DNA of 64,000 nucleotides from Escherichia coli (GTDB lineage Bacteria; Pseudomonadota; Gammaproteobacteria; Enterobacterales; Enterobacteriaceae): NCBI RefSeq assembly GCF_051903065.1, contig NZ_CP178438.1; one strand, 5' to 3'. Shown piece by piece: positions 33,653 to 46,012 of this stretch (position 1 is its first letter; each line of letters starts with the position of its first letter). The notes under the pieces were generated by a model. It saw only the letters and a program-made list of their open reading frames with translations, ran no database searches and was not told where the DNA came from. The position numbers and the translations under genes were made by a program.

Positions 33653-34411
33653 TCACGCCACCCCAATCTCCATCCCATCAAACCCCGCCTCAAACCCTGA
33701 CGGCAGCGCGTTCTCCATCAGCCACGCATCAAACTGGTGGCTGATATGGGTCAGAATCACCCGTGGCGAGCGGATAACCTGATTCAGCGCAAGCACGGTA
33801 TTTAAATCACAGTGATTACGCGGTGCATCCTCGCGCGGCGGGTGGCTGCAATCAATCACCATTACCTGTAGCTGATTATTGTGTAAAAATTTCAGCGTTT
33901 TTTCCGGCAGGCCTGCGGTGTCAGACAGCCACGCCACCCGGCTGTGTGCCGTTTCCAGCAGATAACCGAAGGTCAGTTTTGAGTGGTTTAGCGGCAGCGG
34001 TGTCACCTGCAACCCCTGCAAATCGAACACCACAAACGGTTCCACCGTGTGGCTGAAATCAAGCAGGCCCGGATGTTTAAACAGATCGTCGCAGCCCTGT
34101 TCATCCGGCGGGCCGTAGACCGGGATCGAACCGCCCACGCCCCAGCGCAGCGGAAACAGTCCCTGAACGTGATCCATATGATAATGCGTCAGCAAAAACT
34201 GCTGGAACGATCCTGGCGACCAGCGATCGGTGAGATCGTGCAGCCCGGCGTCGATCAGGGTGACAGCCTCGTTAAACTTCACTACGCCGCTGCACGGCTG
34301 GCGGCGATACTGCGGCGAGCGTCGCGCTCGTGCGCAGGCCGCGCACTCGCAGCCCCATGCCGGAACGCCCTGTGCGCCGCCGGTGCCCGTGAGCGTGAGG
34401 GTCAGGCTCAT
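33653..34411 (-). CDS. phnP: phosphodiesterase PhnP (metallo-beta-lactamase fold)
   Basis: 252 aa; [15 protein letters not shown]-terminus, HYHMDH motif. Confidence 0.93.
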   Translation of the reverse strand: MSLTLTLTGTGGAQGVPAWGCECAACARARRSPQYRRQPCSGVVKFNEAVTLIDAGLHDLTDRWSPGSFQQFLLTHYHMDHVQGLFPLRWGVGGSIPVYGPPDEQGCDDLFKHPGLLDFSHTVEPFVVFDLQGLQVTPLPLNHSKLTFGYLLETAHSRVAWLSDTAGLPEKTLKFLHNNQLQVMVIDCSHPPREDAPRNHCDLNTVLALNQVIRSPRVILTHISHQFDAWLMENALPSGFEAGFDGMEIGVA

Positions 34412-34412
34412 G

Positions 34413-34847
34413 TTACAGCGCCTTGGTGAAGCGGAAATGGCTCTGCTCGTAGCCTTCGCGCAGATAGAAACGGTGCGCGTCGTGGCGCTTCACGTTGGTG
34501 GAAAGCTCGGTCATTTCGGCCCCGGCCTGGCGGGCTTCTTCTTCTGCCCACGCCAGTAACTTACTGCCGACGTTCAGACCGCGCGCCTGCGGCATCACCA
34601 CCAGCTCCTGAATTTCGCCGATCCAGTTGACATGATGCAGATGAAACTGCAAATGCAGGCCGATCATGCCAACAACTTCGCCATCCAGCAGCGCCAGATG
34701 GTAGCGCATGTTTGGGTCACGCAGGTTGGCGTTAAAGCCCACGCGAAACGCGTGATGGTCAAACTCCGCCTGTTTTAGCTCACAAATCAGCGCGTAAACC
34801 GCGTCGGTGTCGTACTGCGTGGCCGGGCGAAGCTCACAAGCAGGCAT
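34413..34847 (-). CDS. phnO: aminoalkylphosphonate N-acetyltransferase PhnO
   Basis: 144 aa GNAT-like protein in conserved operon position. Confidence 0.92.
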
Positions 34848-35391
34848 GGTGTTTCTCCTTCTGATGAATCAGCGTCAGCAGCGTGTCGACCGACTGGCGC
34901 AGGCTGCCGTCATTATTGAGCGTATGGCAATCCTGTGGAGTATAGCGGGCAGCGCGCGCCAGCCGGGCGTTAATTTCACTGGCGTTTTCACGACCACGGT
35001 TTTCCAGGCGCTGGCGCAGGATCTCCGGCGACACCTGTAAGCAGATGGGCAGCAGCGCCGATGCATAGCGTGCCCGCGCCTGCGGCAGATGGGCGCGTGA
35101 GCCGTTGACCAGCACGTCGAATCCGGCGTGCAGCCAGAGATCAATTTCCAGCCCGACGCCGTAATAGTAGCCGTTAGCATGCCAGCTTAACGCGAAGAGT
35201 TGCTGACCTGCACGGGCAAAAAACTCCTGCTCGCTCAGGGCGATATGGTTTTCACTTCCGGCGCTGGCATCGCGCGTGATGTAGCGATGCGCCACCAGTA
35301 ACTGAGTTTGTTCCCGCAGGCGGAGTTCCGCCAGCAGGCTATCTTTCCCGGAGCCGGACGGCCCCATTAACCAAATCAGTTTTCCCGTCAT
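34834..35391 (-). CDS. phnN: ribose 1,5-bisphosphate phosphokinase PhnN
   Basis: 185 aa; P-loop GPSGSGKDS. Confidence 0.92.
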
Positions 35392-36527
35392 CAGAACACC
35401 CTTTTACCCTGACGCCAGACGTGGTCGATATGAATATGATTGCCCTTGCGATGCGCCAGCACCAGGTCGGCGCGTTTGCCCTCGCCAATCACCCCGCGAT
35501 CCTGGAGATTAAGCGCCTGCGCTGGATTTTTAGTCACCAGCTTCACCGCCTGCGGCAGCGTAAAGCGGTTGCTCTGGTCATCGGCGACGCGGAACGCCGC
35601 ATCCAGCAGGCTGGCGGGGTAGTAGTCGGAAGAGAGGATATCCAGCAGGCCAAGCTGCGCCAGTTCACTGGCCGCCACGTTGCCGGAGTGCGAACCGCCG
35701 CGCACAATATTCGGCGCGCCCATCAGCACGTTCATGCCATGCTTGCGCGAGGCTTCCGCCGCTTCGAACGTAGTGGGAAATTCGGCGATCACGCTGCCAA
35801 GCTGGTGGGATTCGGCAACATGGGCGTGGGTGGCGTCATCGTGGCTGGCGAGCGCAATGTGTCGCGCGCGGCACATTGCGGCGATGGATTCGCGATTTGG
35901 CTGCGACCAGCGTGCAGCAAGCGCCAGCTGTTCCTCTTCATACTGCTGCATCTGCGCGTCGGTGAGCGAGTATTTGCCCTGATAATATTCGCGATACTTC
36001 TCGCGGTTGGCGAACTGGCGCTGGCCCGGCGAGTGGTCCATCAGCGATACCAGCGTCACCGGCTCGCGCTGCACCAGTTTTTCAAACAGCGGCAGCGTGG
36101 TGTGGTGCGGCAGTTCGCAGCGCAGGTGCAGACGGTGCTCGGCGCGGTTGACGCCGCGTTTCTGCGTCTCTTCGATGGCGTTGATCATCTTCTCCAGATT
36201 CTCCAGCCGATCGCCGCCGTCGCGCACGTCGCCAATCGCCACGGCATCCAGTACGGTGGTGATGCCGCTCGCCACCATCAGCGCATCGTGGCTGCTCATC
36301 GCCGAGTGGGCGGGCCAGTCAACTTTCGGGCGCGGGGTGAAGAATTTATCCAGATTATCGGTATGCAGCTCAATCAGGCCCGGCAGCAGCCAGCCGCCTT
36401 CGCCGTCCATCGCCTCCGGCAGGCGGCTCTGGCTTTCGGCAAAGGCGCGGATTTCGCCGTCCTGCACCTCCAGTGAACCGCTTACCACCTCGTTTTCCAG
36501 CACCAATTTGACGTTATTGATAATCAT
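35391..36527 (-). CDS. phnM: amidohydrolase-family PhnM (C-P lyase pathway)
   Basis: 378 aa; HTDN metal-binding motif; conserved position. Confidence 0.92.
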   Translation of the reverse strand: MIINNVKLVLENEVVSGSLEVQDGEIRAFAESQSRLPEAMDGEGGWLLPGLIELHTDNLDKFFTPRPKVDWPAHSAMSSHDALMVASGITTVLDAVAIGDVRDGGDRLENLEKMINAIEETQKRGVNRAEHRLHLRCELPHHTTLPLFEKLVQREPVTLVSLMDHSPGQRQFANREKYREYYQGKYSLTDAQMQQYEEEQLALAARWSQPNRESIAAMCRARHIALASHDDATHAHVAESHQLGSVIAEFPTTFEAAEASRKHGMNVLMGAPNIVRGGSHSGNVAASELAQLGLLDILSSDYYPASLLDAAFRVADDQSNRFTLPQAVKLVTKNPAQALNLQDRGVIGEGKRADLVLAHRKGNHIHIDHVWRQGKRVF

Positions 36528-37204
36528 GAAGAGGCTCCCATTGGGTGCAGGCGGTCGGCAACGTCATTACGTACGGCTTCGTCATGGAAGATGCCGACAA
36601 TGGCTGCGCCGCGGGCTTTGGCTTCGCGGATCAGTTCCACCACCGCGGCGCTGTTTTTGGCGTCCAGCGAGGCGGTAGGTTCGTCGAGCAGCAGAATGGG
36701 GTAGTCGACGATAAAGCCGCGGGCGATGTTGACGCGCTGCTGTTCGCCGCCGGAGAAGGTCGATGGTGCCAGGTGCCACAGGCGTTCCGGCACGTTCAGG
36801 CGGGTGAGCAGACGCGCGGCTTTAGCAGCGCAGGCTTCACGCGGTACGCCGGTATCGAGCAGCGGCTGCATTACTACTTCCAGCGCCGAAATGCGCGGGA
36901 TAACTCGCAGAAACTGGCTCACCCAGCCAACGGTGGTTTTGCGGATTTCCACCACTTTGCGCGCTGGCGCGGTGACCAGATCGACCCATTCGTCACCGTG
37001 TTTGATCTGGATTTGCCCTTCGTCGGGCAGATAGTTGGCGTACAGCGAGCGCAGCAGGGTTGATTTGCCGCTGCCGGAGTGGCCGTGGAGCACCACGCAT
37101 TCGCCCGCGTTGACGGTGAGTGAGGCGCGTTGTAAGACGGGCAGGCGCACGCCGTTTTGCTGATGCAGGATGAAGGTTTTACTGACGTTTTGTACGTTAA
37201 TCAT
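36524..37204 (-). CDS. phnL: C-P lyase system ATPase PhnL
   Basis: 226 aa from ATG 37204 ([11 protein letters not shown]); Walker [13 protein letters not shown] track ORF of 432 aa is a spurious upstream extension. Confidence 0.9.
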   Translation of the reverse strand: MINVQNVSKTFILHQQNGVRLPVLQRASLTVNAGECVVLHGHSGSGKSTLLRSLYANYLPDEGQIQIKHGDEWVDLVTAPARKVVEIRKTTVGWVSQFLRVIPRISALEVVMQPLLDTGVPREACAAKAARLLTRLNVPERLWHLAPSTFSGGEQQRVNIARGFIVDYPILLLDEPTASLDAKNSAAVVELIREAKARGAAIVGIFHDEAVRNDVADRLHPMGASS

Positions 37205-37226
37205 TTTTCGCCTCGTGGTTCGGGTG

Positions 37227-37310
<84 letters not shown>

Positions 37311-37314
37311 CGGC

Positions 37315-38073
37315 TCAATTCTGCAAAACCGATGACACCAGCAGCTGTGTATACGGATGATGCGGGTCGTCGAGCACGCGGTCGGTTAACCCACTCTCCA
37401 CCACTTGCCCCTGCTTCATCACCAGCAAACGGTCCGCCAGCAGGCGGGCGACGCCTAAATCGTGGGTGACAATCACCACCGCGAGGTTCAGCTCCACCAC
37501 CAGGCCGCGCAGCAGGTCGAGCAGGCGCGCCTGCACCGACACATCCAGCCCGCCGGTTGGCTCGTCCATAAATACCAGCTTCGGATGCGTCACCAGGTTG
37601 CGGGCAATCTGCAAACGCTGCTGCATGCCGCCGGAAAAGGTGGTCGGCAGGTCGTCGATCCGGTTGGCGGGAATTTCCACCTCTTCCAGCCACTTCTGCG
37701 CGGTGGCGCGAATATCGCCGTAATGACGTGCCCCGGTCGCCATCAGCCGCTCGCCGATATTGCCGCCTGCCGACACCTGGCGGCGCAGGCCGTCGAGCGG
37801 ATGCTGATGCACCACGCCCCATTCGGTGCGCAGCAGGCGACGGCGGTCGGCCTCGCTCATGCCATAGAGGGAACGGTTTTCATAGTGAATCTCCCCCTGC
37901 TGCGGCGTCAGACGCGCGGAAATTGATTTCAGCAGCGTGGTCTTCCCGGAGCCGGATTCCCCGACAATGCCCAGCACTTCCCCCGGCCATAAATCAAAAG
38001 AGACATCGCTAAAGCCTTTGCCCGGCGCGTAAAGGTGGGTCAGGTTATTGACCGAAAGTAACGGTTGATTCAT
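37315..38073 (-). CDS. phnK: C-P lyase system ATPase PhnK
   Basis: 252 aa from ATG 38073 ([15 protein letters not shown]); Walker [10 protein letters not shown]. Confidence 0.9.
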   Translation of the reverse strand: MNQPLLSVNNLTHLYAPGKGFSDVSFDLWPGEVLGIVGESGSGKTTLLKSISARLTPQQGEIHYENRSLYGMSEADRRRLLRTEWGVVHQHPLDGLRRQVSAGGNIGERLMATGARHYGDIRATAQKWLEEVEIPANRIDDLPTTFSGGMQQRLQIARNLVTHPKLVFMDEPTGGLDVSVQARLLDLLRGLVVELNLAVVIVTHDLGVARLLADRLLVMKQGQVVESGLTDRVLDDPHHPYTQLLVSSVLQN

Positions 38074-38915
38074 TGGCTTTTTGCCTCGCTCTGTTGGCGG
38101 CAATAATCGGTATCGGAGCAGACAAACATGCGGTTTCCGGCGTCATCCAGCACCACTTCATCAAGATAGCTGTGGGTCGATCCGCAGATGGCGCATGGCT
38201 CATCCCACTGCTGAACGGTGAACGGGTGATCGTCGAAATCGAGGCTTTCCACGCGGGTAAACGGCGGCACCGCATAGATGCGCTTCTCACGCCCGGCGCC
38301 GAACAGTTGCAGGGCGGGCATCATGTCCATTTTCGGGTTATCGAATTTCGGGATCGGCGACGGGTCCATTACGTAGCGCCCGTTCACCTTCACCGGATAG
38401 GCGTAGGTGGTGGCGATATGACCGAAGCGGGCGATATCTTCATACAGCTTCACCTGCATCACGCCGTACTCCTCCAGCGCGTGCATGGTGCGGGTTTCCG
38501 TTTCGCGCGGCTCGATAAAGCGCAGCGGTTCGGGGATCGGCACCTGGAAAATAATGATCTGATCTTCGGTCAGCGGCGTTTCGGGGATGCGGTGACGCGT
38601 CTGGATGACCGTTGCATCGTCCGTGCGCTCGGTGGTGTTTACCCCGGTCACGCGCTTAAAGAAGTTGCGAATCGACACGGCGTTGGTGGTGTCATCCGCG
38701 CCCTGGTCAATCACCTTCAGCACGTCGCTTACGCCAATCACGCTGGCGGTAAGCTGAATGCCGCCGGTTCCCCAGCCGTACGGCATTGGCATCTCGCGCC
38801 CGCCAAACGGCACCTGATAACCGGGGATTGCCACCGCTTTTAAGATGGCGCGGCGGATCATGCGTTTGGTCTGCTCGTCGAGGTAGGCAAAGTTGTAGCC
38901 GCTCAGATTAGCCAT
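38070..38915 (-). CDS. phnJ: carbon-phosphorus lyase core subunit PhnJ
   Basis: 281 aa from ATG 38915 (MANLSGYNFAYLDEQTKRMIRR); C-terminal Cys cluster CAICGS...C...C. Confidence 0.92.
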   Translation of the reverse strand: MANLSGYNFAYLDEQTKRMIRRAILKAVAIPGYQVPFGGREMPMPYGWGTGGIQLTASVIGVSDVLKVIDQGADDTTNAVSIRNFFKRVTGVNTTERTDDATVIQTRHRIPETPLTEDQIIIFQVPIPEPLRFIEPRETETRTMHALEEYGVMQVKLYEDIARFGHIATTYAYPVKVNGRYVMDPSPIPKFDNPKMDMMPALQLFGAGREKRIYAVPPFTRVESLDFDDHPFTVQQWDEPCAICGSTHSYLDEVVLDDAGNRMFVCSDTDYCRQQSEAKSQ

Positions 38916-39972
38916 GGTTCTGCTCCTGTTGCAGACGTTTGAGTAGCTCCAGTTCGGCCTGGAAATCGACGTAGTGCGGGAGTTTGAGGTGCGAGACAAA
39001 GCCTGCGGCTTCGACGTTGTCGGCATGTGCCAGCACGAACTCTTCATCCTGCGCCGGGCCTGTCGCGTGCTCGCCGTACTCCGGGGCTTGCAGAGCGCGG
39101 TCGACCAGCGCCATCGCCATCGCTTTGCGCTCGCTCATGCCGAACACCAGCCCGTAGCCGCGCGTGAAGTGCGGAGATTCATCCGGTGGGTCGATAAAAC
39201 CGTTGACCATTTCACACTCAGTCATCAGCAGTTCGCCGACGTTCACCGCAAATCCCAGCTCTTCCGGCACAATCGACACGTCGATGTAACCACTGCGGAT
39301 TTCACCCGCGAACGGGTGATTGCGCCCGTAACCGCGTTGGGTGGAGTAGGCCAGCGCCAGCAAATAGCCTTCGTCGCCGCGCATCAACTGCTGCAAACGG
39401 GAAGAACGTGAGCAGGGGTAAACCGGCGGCGTGCGGGTGATGTCATCCGGGTGTGCGCCGCTATCCTCTTCAAACTTCGCCAGCCCCTGACGCGCCAGCA
39501 GGCTGAAAACGTGCGGCGACGGCTGTTGTTCGCTGTCGGCGGTGGTCAGCGTCGGCGCTTCGCCGTTTGCCAGCAGGGTGAAATCGAGCAGGCGATGGGT
39601 GTAGTCGTAGGTTGGGCCAAGCAACTGGCCGCCGGGAATATCTTTATAAACCGCTGAAATACGCCGTTCGAGACGCATCTCCGTGGTGTCGAGCGGCTCG
39701 CTTACCGCGAGCTTCGCCAGCGTGGTGCGGTAGGCGCGCAGCAGGAAAATTGCTTCGACGTTATCGCCGCTGGCCTGTTTCAGCGCCAGCGCAGCCAGTT
39801 CGCGGTCGGCAATGCCGCCTTCGGTCATCACGCGATCCACCGCAAGATTAAGCTGCTGTTCAATCTGGGCGACGCTCAGTTCAGGCAAATCAGTGTCGCC
39901 CCGGCGTCGGCTCTCTTGCAGGGCGTGGGCGGCGTCGATCGCCTTCTCGCCCCCTTTCACGGCAACGTACAT
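38908..39972 (-). CDS. phnI: C-P lyase complex subunit PhnI
   Basis: 354 aa from ATG 39972 ([13 protein letters not shown]). Confidence 0.92.
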   Translation of the reverse strand: MYVAVKGGEKAIDAAHALQESRRRGDTDLPELSVAQIEQQLNLAVDRVMTEGGIADRELAALALKQASGDNVEAIFLLRAYRTTLAKLAVSEPLDTTEMRLERRISAVYKDIPGGQLLGPTYDYTHRLLDFTLLANGEAPTLTTADSEQQPSPHVFSLLARQGLAKFEEDSGAHPDDITRTPPVYPCSRSSRLQQLMRGDEGYLLALAYSTQRGYGRNHPFAGEIRSGYIDVSIVPEELGFAVNVGELLMTECEMVNGFIDPPDESPHFTRGYGLVFGMSERKAMAMALVDRALQAPEYGEHATGPAQDEEFVLAHADNVEAAGFVSHLKLPHYVDFQAELELLKRLQQEQNHG

Positions 39973-40556
39973 CAGCACACCTCCACATGAGTGGTTCGCG
40001 GAATAGCCAGCAGGCGCTCGCCGCAGGTCAGGATCAGGTCGATGCCGAGCGGGAACGGGTGCGGGCGCTCGGTGAGTTCGTGCAGAATGCACTCCGGCAG
40101 CTGCGGGGCGATCATTCGTTCTTCGGCAATGCCCGCGCCGGTGAGACGCAACATGCGCCCGCCGCTCAGGCTGGCGACCTGTAAAATCAGCGTTGCACCC
40201 GCTTCCGGCGCAACGGCGGTGCCGGTGGAAAGGGCGTTGAGCTGTTCGCTGGAAATCGCCTCATCCGTTACCGCGAAGGTCGCCTGTTCCGGCTGGCTGA
40301 CCAGCGGCGCGTTGGTATGAAAACGCAGGCTCTGGCTGACGATATCGTTACTTAATGGCGCGGAAAGCCACACCGGCGTGTCGTTATCGGCCAGCGTCAG
40401 CAGCACGCTGGTGGTGGCGATATTCAGCGGCTGCCAGCCGCGTTTGAGCTGATGCAGGGCGACAATCACGCCCGGCTCGCTCATGGCCTTTAACAGGCGA
40501 CGAAAACTGTGCTGGGCATCCTGCACAGGAAGAATAAAAGCGGTTTCCAGGGTCAT
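39972..40556 (-). CDS. phnH: C-P lyase complex subunit PhnH
   Basis: 194 aa; stop overlaps phnI start. Confidence 0.92.
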   Translation of the reverse strand: MTLETAFILPVQDAQHSFRRLLKAMSEPGVIVALHQLKRGWQPLNIATTSVLLTLADNDTPVWLSAPLSNDIVSQSLRFHTNAPLVSQPEQATFAVTDEAISSEQLNALSTGTAVAPEAGATLILQVASLSGGRMLRLTGAGIAEERMIAPQLPECILHELTERPHPFPLGIDLILTCGERLLAIPRTTHVEVC

Positions 40557-41005
40557 GCGTTGTCTCCGCGAACCATCGTAAAGAAGTCGACCCGGCTGGC
40601 GTTCACTTCGGCCTGGCGTGCGGCAATGCGTGCCATACGGTCAGCGTCCAGCGGGGCAATAAGGGTTTCTGATAAGTTTTGAAAATGGCGAGATTGCTGC
40701 ATCAACGCGTCAATCAGCGCGCAGCGTTCGGCGTGCTGTTTGTCGCGCCCCAGCACCCAGCTGTAGCCGAGGGTGCCGTCAGTCAGGCGTACGGCGGCGC
40801 GGGTGAGCGTGGCGTCGCCGGCAAAAAAGCGTTCGCCGGTGCCGCCCATCCGCGCCTGAATCTGCACCAGACCAGTTTCGGCAGTGCGGATCACTTCATA
40901 GTCGGCGGTGATGTTCAGCGCGTTCAGGCGGGCTGCCAGTTCAGCCGGTTGGCTGTGCGCCAGTACGGACATCCAGTGCTGGCGGGTCGCGGTATCTGCG
41001 TGCAT
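40553..41005 (-). CDS. phnG: C-P lyase complex subunit PhnG
   Basis: 150 aa; overlaps phnH start. Confidence 0.92.
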   Translation of the reverse strand: MHADTATRQHWMSVLAHSQPAELAARLNALNITADYEVIRTAETGLVQIQARMGGTGERFFAGDATLTRAAVRLTDGTLGYSWVLGRDKQHAERCALIDALMQQSRHFQNLSETLIAPLDADRMARIAARQAEVNASRVDFFTMVRGDNA

Positions 41006-41731
41006 TCAGTGCTCCATAGTGAATTCAATCATGTCGGCGCGCGTCAGGCTGACGGAGTACTCCGCCGGGCTGCTTTCACCGTCACGGTGGTTAAGGGTGC
41101 GCACGCACAGCAGCGGCGACATATTCGGGATTTCAAGGCGCTGGCACTCTTTGGCCTGGGCGCGGCGGGCGCTGATCCGCGTCTGGCTGCGGCGCAGCGC
41201 AATCCCCGTTTGCTCGCGCAGAAAATCGTGCAGCGAGCCGCTGTCGAAGCGTTGCAGCGTCGGCCAGAGGGTGAGGTCCGCAAAGTAGTGGTCGATTAAA
41301 CAGAGCGCGATGCCGTTGACCCGGCGCAGGGTGCGCAGGTGGATAACGTTCACCCCCTCGGCGATACCCAGCGCATCCGCCACATGACCAGACGCCGGGC
41401 GCAGCACCGACAGCAGTTTTTCGCTGGTGGGATGGCTGCCCTGGTCCAGCAGGTTCTGGCTAAAACGCGCCTGGGCGTTGAGCGGGTAATCAAACGGGCG
41501 CATCAGCACCAGCACGCCGACGCCCTGACGGCGCTGTACCCAGCCTTTTTCCACCAGTTGGTCGATGGCGCGGCGCAGGGTGTGGCGATTTACCTCAAAG
41601 CGCGCCGCCAGCTGCTGCTCGGCGGGAAGATAGTCGCCGCAGCGGTAGTGTTGACGAAGCTCCTGCTCAAGTTTTGCGGCTATCTCCTGATAGCGTGTTG
41701 GGTAGCTGGTCGGATGTGTAGACAAGTGCAT
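41006..41731 (-). CDS. phnF: GntR-family transcriptional regulator PhnF
   Basis: 241 aa from ATG 41731 (MHLSTHPTSYPTRYQEIAAKLEQ); N-terminal HTH and UTRA-like C-terminus. Confidence 0.9.
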   Translation of the reverse strand: MHLSTHPTSYPTRYQEIAAKLEQELRQHYRCGDYLPAEQQLAARFEVNRHTLRRAIDQLVEKGWVQRRQGVGVLVLMRPFDYPLNAQARFSQNLLDQGSHPTSEKLLSVLRPASGHVADALGIAEGVNVIHLRTLRRVNGIALCLIDHYFADLTLWPTLQRFDSGSLHDFLREQTGIALRRSQTRISARRAQAKECQRLEIPNMSPLLCVRTLNHRDGESSPAEYSVSLTRADMIEFTMEH

Positions 41732-41751
41732 AGCTATCAATGCCTCGCTAA

Positions 41752-42531
41752 TCAGATAAAGTGCTTACGCAACCGTTGAGAGAGGAAATCCAGCAGGCTG
41801 ACCGTGACGATAACCAGCACCATCAGGGCGCAGGTTTGCTGGAACTGGAAACCGCGAATCGCTTCCCACAGCGTGACGCCGATCCCGCCCGCGCCGACCA
41901 TGCCGACGACGGTCGCCGAGCGGACGTTGGATTCGAAGCGATAGAGGGAGTAGGAGATCAGCAGCGGCATCACCTGCGGCAGCACGCCGTAGAGGATCTC
42001 TTCGAGCTTGTTGGCACCGGTGGCGCGAATGCCCTCCACCGGGCCGGGTTCAATCGCTTCCACCGCTTCGGAAAGCAGTTTGGAGAGCACGCCGGTGGTG
42101 TGAATGAACAGCGCCAGCACGCCAGCGAACGGGCCGAGGCCGACGGCGACCACGAACAGCATGGCGAAGACCATTTCGTTAATGGCGCGGCAGGCGTCCA
42201 TCAGGCGGCGAACGGGCTGGTAAACCCACCACGGCACCAGGTTTTCGGCGCTCATCAGGCCGAAGGGGATGGAGAGAATCACCGCCAGCGCGGTGCCCCA
42301 GACGGCGATTTGCAGCGTGACGAGCATTTCGGTGAGGTAATCCTGCCACTGGCTGAAATCGGGCGGGAAGAAGTCGGCGGCGAAGGTCGCCATGTTGCCG
42401 CCGTCTTTGATCAGCGTGAGCGGGGCCATTTCCGCGCCCTGCCACGAGACGACCAACACGGCGAGTACAACGGCCCAGCTCAGAAGCGAGAACCAGCTGC
42501 GCTTGGGTGGGGCGATGGTGATGGTTTGCAT
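41752..42531 (-). CDS. phnE: phosphonate ABC transporter permease PhnE (intact)
   Basis: 259 aa uninterrupted frame from ATG 42531 ([19 protein letters not shown]). Confidence 0.9.
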   Translation of the reverse strand: MQTITIAPPKRSWFSLLSWAVVLAVLVVSWQGAEMAPLTLIKDGGNMATFAADFFPPDFSQWQDYLTEMLVTLQIAVWGTALAVILSIPFGLMSAENLVPWWVYQPVRRLMDACRAINEMVFAMLFVVAVGLGPFAGVLALFIHTTGVLSKLLSEAVEAIEPGPVEGIRATGANKLEEILYGVLPQVMPLLISYSLYRFESNVRSATVVGMVGAGGIGVTLWEAIRGFQFQQTCALMVLVIVTVSLLDFLSQRLRKHFI

Positions 42532-42546
42532 GTTTGGCTCCGGTCT

Positions 42547-42633
42547 GTAGGCCGGATAAGGTGCTTGCACCGCATCCGGCATCAACGCCTGCACATTGTC
42601 GGATGCGACGCCGGGGCGTCTTATCCGACCTAC
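42547..42633. repeat. REP pair between phnE and phnD
   Basis: gtaggccggataaggtg...cgcatccggca and gtcggatgcgacg...cttatccgacctac. Confidence 0.85.
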
Positions 42634-42636
42634 GAT

Positions 42637-43653
42637 TTACTGCACCGCTTTACTCACCGAACTCATCGCGCTTAGCGCGTTGTTCAGGCGGTCCAGGTCA
42701 TCCAGCTGCGCCTGAATCTCGGTGGTTTTTGCCAGCTTGTCCTGCTCATTCAGTCCTTTATTGCTTTTCACGCCCTGCATCTCTTTAAACAGCGCGAGCT
42801 GGCGAATCGGCACCAGTTGCAGGTCGCTGGAGGCGCGGAACGGCGCCCAGCCCAGGCGTTCCAGCACCGCTTTCTCTTCCGGCGTTTTGCCGTAGTTCAT
42901 AAAGAAGTCGTAGATCTTGTCTTTGGTGGTTTCGGAAAGGTTTTTACGCCAGACGATCGGATCGCCTGGGATCAGCGGCGACTTCCAGATCACTTTCAGT
43001 TCTTTCAACTTCTCCGGCGCGGAGGTTTTCAGCTTGTCGAGGTTTTCGGTGTTGTTAGTGGCAACATCCACCTGCTTGTTGGCGACGGCCAGCGCGTTGG
43101 TTTCATGCCCGGCGTTGACGGTGCGCTTGAAGTCGCTGGCGGAGATATTGTTTTTGGCGAAGACGTAGTAGCCGGGGACGAGGAAGCCAGAGGTGGAGTT
43201 AGGATCGCCATTGCCGAAGGTGAGATCTTTCCGCCTGGCCAGCAGATCGTTCAGGTTGTTGATCGGGCTGTCTTTGTTGACGATCAACACGCTCCAGTAA
43301 CCCGGCGATCCATCCGCCGCGACCGTCTGGGCGAAGACCTGGCCGTTGGCGCGATCCACCGCTTCCATTGCCGACAGGTTGCCGTACCAGGCGATATCCA
43401 CTTTGTTGAAGCGCATTCCCTGGATAATGCCCGCGTAGTCCGGGGCAAAGAAGGCGTTGACCTTCACGCCCAGCTTCTTCTCCATATCCTGTAAAAACGG
43501 CGTCCATTGCGGTTTCAGGTTTTGCTGTGATTCCGTTGAAATAATGCCGAAATTCAGCGCCTTTTCCTGCTCTTCGGCGTGCGCCGGGCTAAACAGGGTG
43601 CTGAGGCTGAACATGCTGGTGAAGGCCAGCGAGGCAATTATCTTAGCGTTCAT
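42637..43653 (-). CDS. phnD: phosphonate ABC transporter periplasmic binding protein PhnD
   Basis: 338 aa with signal peptide. Confidence 0.93.
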   Translation of the reverse strand: MNAKIIASLAFTSMFSLSTLFSPAHAEEQEKALNFGIISTESQQNLKPQWTPFLQDMEKKLGVKVNAFFAPDYAGIIQGMRFNKVDIAWYGNLSAMEAVDRANGQVFAQTVAADGSPGYWSVLIVNKDSPINNLNDLLARRKDLTFGNGDPNSTSGFLVPGYYVFAKNNISASDFKRTVNAGHETNALAVANKQVDVATNNTENLDKLKTSAPEKLKELKVIWKSPLIPGDPIVWRKNLSETTKDKIYDFFMNYGKTPEEKAVLERLGWAPFRASSDLQLVPIRQLALFKEMQGVKSNKGLNEQDKLAKTTEIQAQLDDLDRLNNALSAMSSVSKAVQ

Positions 43654-43677
43654 TCGTTTTCCTCAATGATGGGGATG

Positions 43678-44466
43678 TCAGGCAGCTTTCGCGTTCTCTT
43701 CGACGCGGTTAATGCTGCGGTAGAGATGGTCAAAACGTTCGTTATCAAACTGTTGGCTACTACCGTCGTAGAAGACGTGTCCCTGACGCAGGGCGACGAT
43801 GCGTTCGCAGTAGCGCAGGGCGTAATCCACCTGATGCAGCGTGACGACCACGGTGATGCCGTCGTTCTGATTGATGTCGCGCAGGGTGTCCATCACGATG
43901 CGGGCGGATTCCGGGTCCAGCGAGGCGATCGGTTCGTCGGCCAGAATCACCTTCGCCTGCTGCATCAGCGCGCGGGCAATCGCCACACGCTGCTGCTGGC
44001 CGCCGGAGAGGGTGGAAACGCGCTGATGGGCAAAATGCACCATGCCAACGCGGGTCAGCGCCTGTAACGCGCGCTGTTTCTGCTCGCCGGTGAACCAGCT
44101 AAAACAGGTGCGCCAGAACGGCGTGCTGCCGAGCGCGCCAATCAGCACGTTCTCCAGTACGCTCAGGCGATTCACCAGGTTGAATTGTTGGAAGATGTAG
44201 CCGGTGTTGGCGCGGCTTTTGCGGATATCGCGGGCCAGACGGCCATTTTGCTGGACGGTACGGCCCAGCAGTTCGACGCGGCATTCTGGCTTTTTATCGC
44301 CGACAATCAGGCCGCTTAAGTGACGTAAAAGGGTGGATTTGCCGGAACCCGACGGCCCAAGCAGAGCCACCATTTCACCGTGATGAATGTTCAGATCAAC
44401 CGCATGCAGCGCCTGATGCTGATTGAAGGTTTTGCTCAGTTGTTCGACGCGGATAATCGTTTGCAT
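43678..44466 (-). CDS. phnC: phosphonate ABC transporter ATPase PhnC
   Basis: 262 aa; Walker [10 protein letters not shown]; first gene of phn operon. Confidence 0.93.
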   Translation of the reverse strand: MQTIIRVEQLSKTFNQHQALHAVDLNIHHGEMVALLGPSGSGKSTLLRHLSGLIVGDKKPECRVELLGRTVQQNGRLARDIRKSRANTGYIFQQFNLVNRLSVLENVLIGALGSTPFWRTCFSWFTGEQKQRALQALTRVGMVHFAHQRVSTLSGGQQQRVAIARALMQQAKVILADEPIASLDPESARIVMDTLRDINQNDGITVVVTLHQVDYALRYCERIVALRQGHVFYDGSSQQFDNERFDHLYRSINRVEENAKAA

Positions 44467-44507
44467 GATGTAGCCTCCCTAAAAAAGTGGCTCCATCGTG
44501 GCGGATT

Positions 44508-44546
44508 ATTGTGACGATTTGGTTAATTAAAAGTGACTAACAGATG
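44508..44546 (-). promoter_or_regulatory. Pho box region of the phnC promoter (PhoB binding)
   Basis: Minus strand reads CTGTTAGTCACTTTTAATTAACCAAATCGTCACAATAA, carrying GTCAC-type repeats about 11 bp apart, roughly 40-80 bp upstream of phnC ATG. Confidence 0.55.
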
Positions 44547-44598
44547 AAGAGTTAACGGGAATTCGATGACAGTGCGGGAGGGCGGGCCTCCCGGCGGA

Positions 44599-45042
44599 TT
44601 ATTGCGTTGGTTGTTGTTTGACGACATTAATCATCCACGGTACGCCAAATTTATCGGTGACTTTGCCAAAGCCATGCGCCCAGAAAGTTTCCTGCCAGGC
44701 CATTTCGATTTTTCCGTTAGCTGCAAGGTTATCAAACCAGCGTTTTCCTTCTTCGACCTGTTGCGAATCGAGCACCAGCGTAAAGCCGGAGTAGCTGGCT
44801 TTTCCTGACGGCATGGCATCGCTCATCATGATGTCGCTTCCGGCAATACGCACGTTGGCATGAGCGATGGCAGTATCGGGAAATTGCATTCCGGAAGGGC
44901 AGTTCTCGGCGCTGTCCTGCGCTGATTTTGGCATTTCGCCGAAGCTGATTTTATAGAGCAGTTCAGCGCCCAACGTACGTTGATAATAGGCAATCGCGTC
45001 GGAGCAGTTACCGGCAAAAGAGAGGTAGGGACTTAACGGCAT
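44599..45042 (-). CDS. yjdN: VOC/glyoxalase-fold protein YjdN (PhnB)
   Basis: 147 aa; MPLSPYLSFAGNCSDAIAYYQRTLGAELLY. Confidence 0.9.
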   Translation of the reverse strand: MPLSPYLSFAGNCSDAIAYYQRTLGAELLYKISFGEMPKSAQDSAENCPSGMQFPDTAIAHANVRIAGSDIMMSDAMPSGKASYSGFTLVLDSQQVEEGKRWFDNLAANGKIEMAWQETFWAHGFGKVTDKFGVPWMINVVKQQPTQ

Positions 45043-45108
45043 GATGGTGACCTCAGTTAAGAGAAGCCAGTTAAGTGTAGTTCGAAATTTATACAGATGA
45101 GAGGGAAG

Positions 45109-45662
<554 letters not shown>

Positions 45663-45676
45663 CGATCACAATACAA

Positions 45677-46012
45677 TCAGTTCTTTTTCACAAACTCAGA
45701 TTTCAGTTTCATCGGACCAAAACCGTCGATTTTGCAATCGATGTTATGGTCGCCTTCAACCAGGCGGATATTTTTCACTTTGGTGCCAATTTTCAGCATC
45801 GAAGAGCTACCTTTCACCTTCAGATCTTTAATGATGGTAACGCTGTCGCCGTCAGCCAGCAGATTGCCGTTAGCATCTTTAACGATCAGCTCGTCGCTTT
45901 CCTGTGCAGGTTCTGCGTCGTTCCATTCGTAGGCACATTCCGGGCAGATGTACATGCCGTTATCTTCGTAAGTGTATTCGGAGTTGCATTTTGGGCAGTG
46001 TGGTAATGACAT
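45677..46012 (-). CDS. yjdM: zinc-ribbon protein YjdM (PhnA)
   Basis: 111 aa from ATG 46012 ([26 protein letters not shown]); ORF track start 46159 is an extension. Confidence 0.9.
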
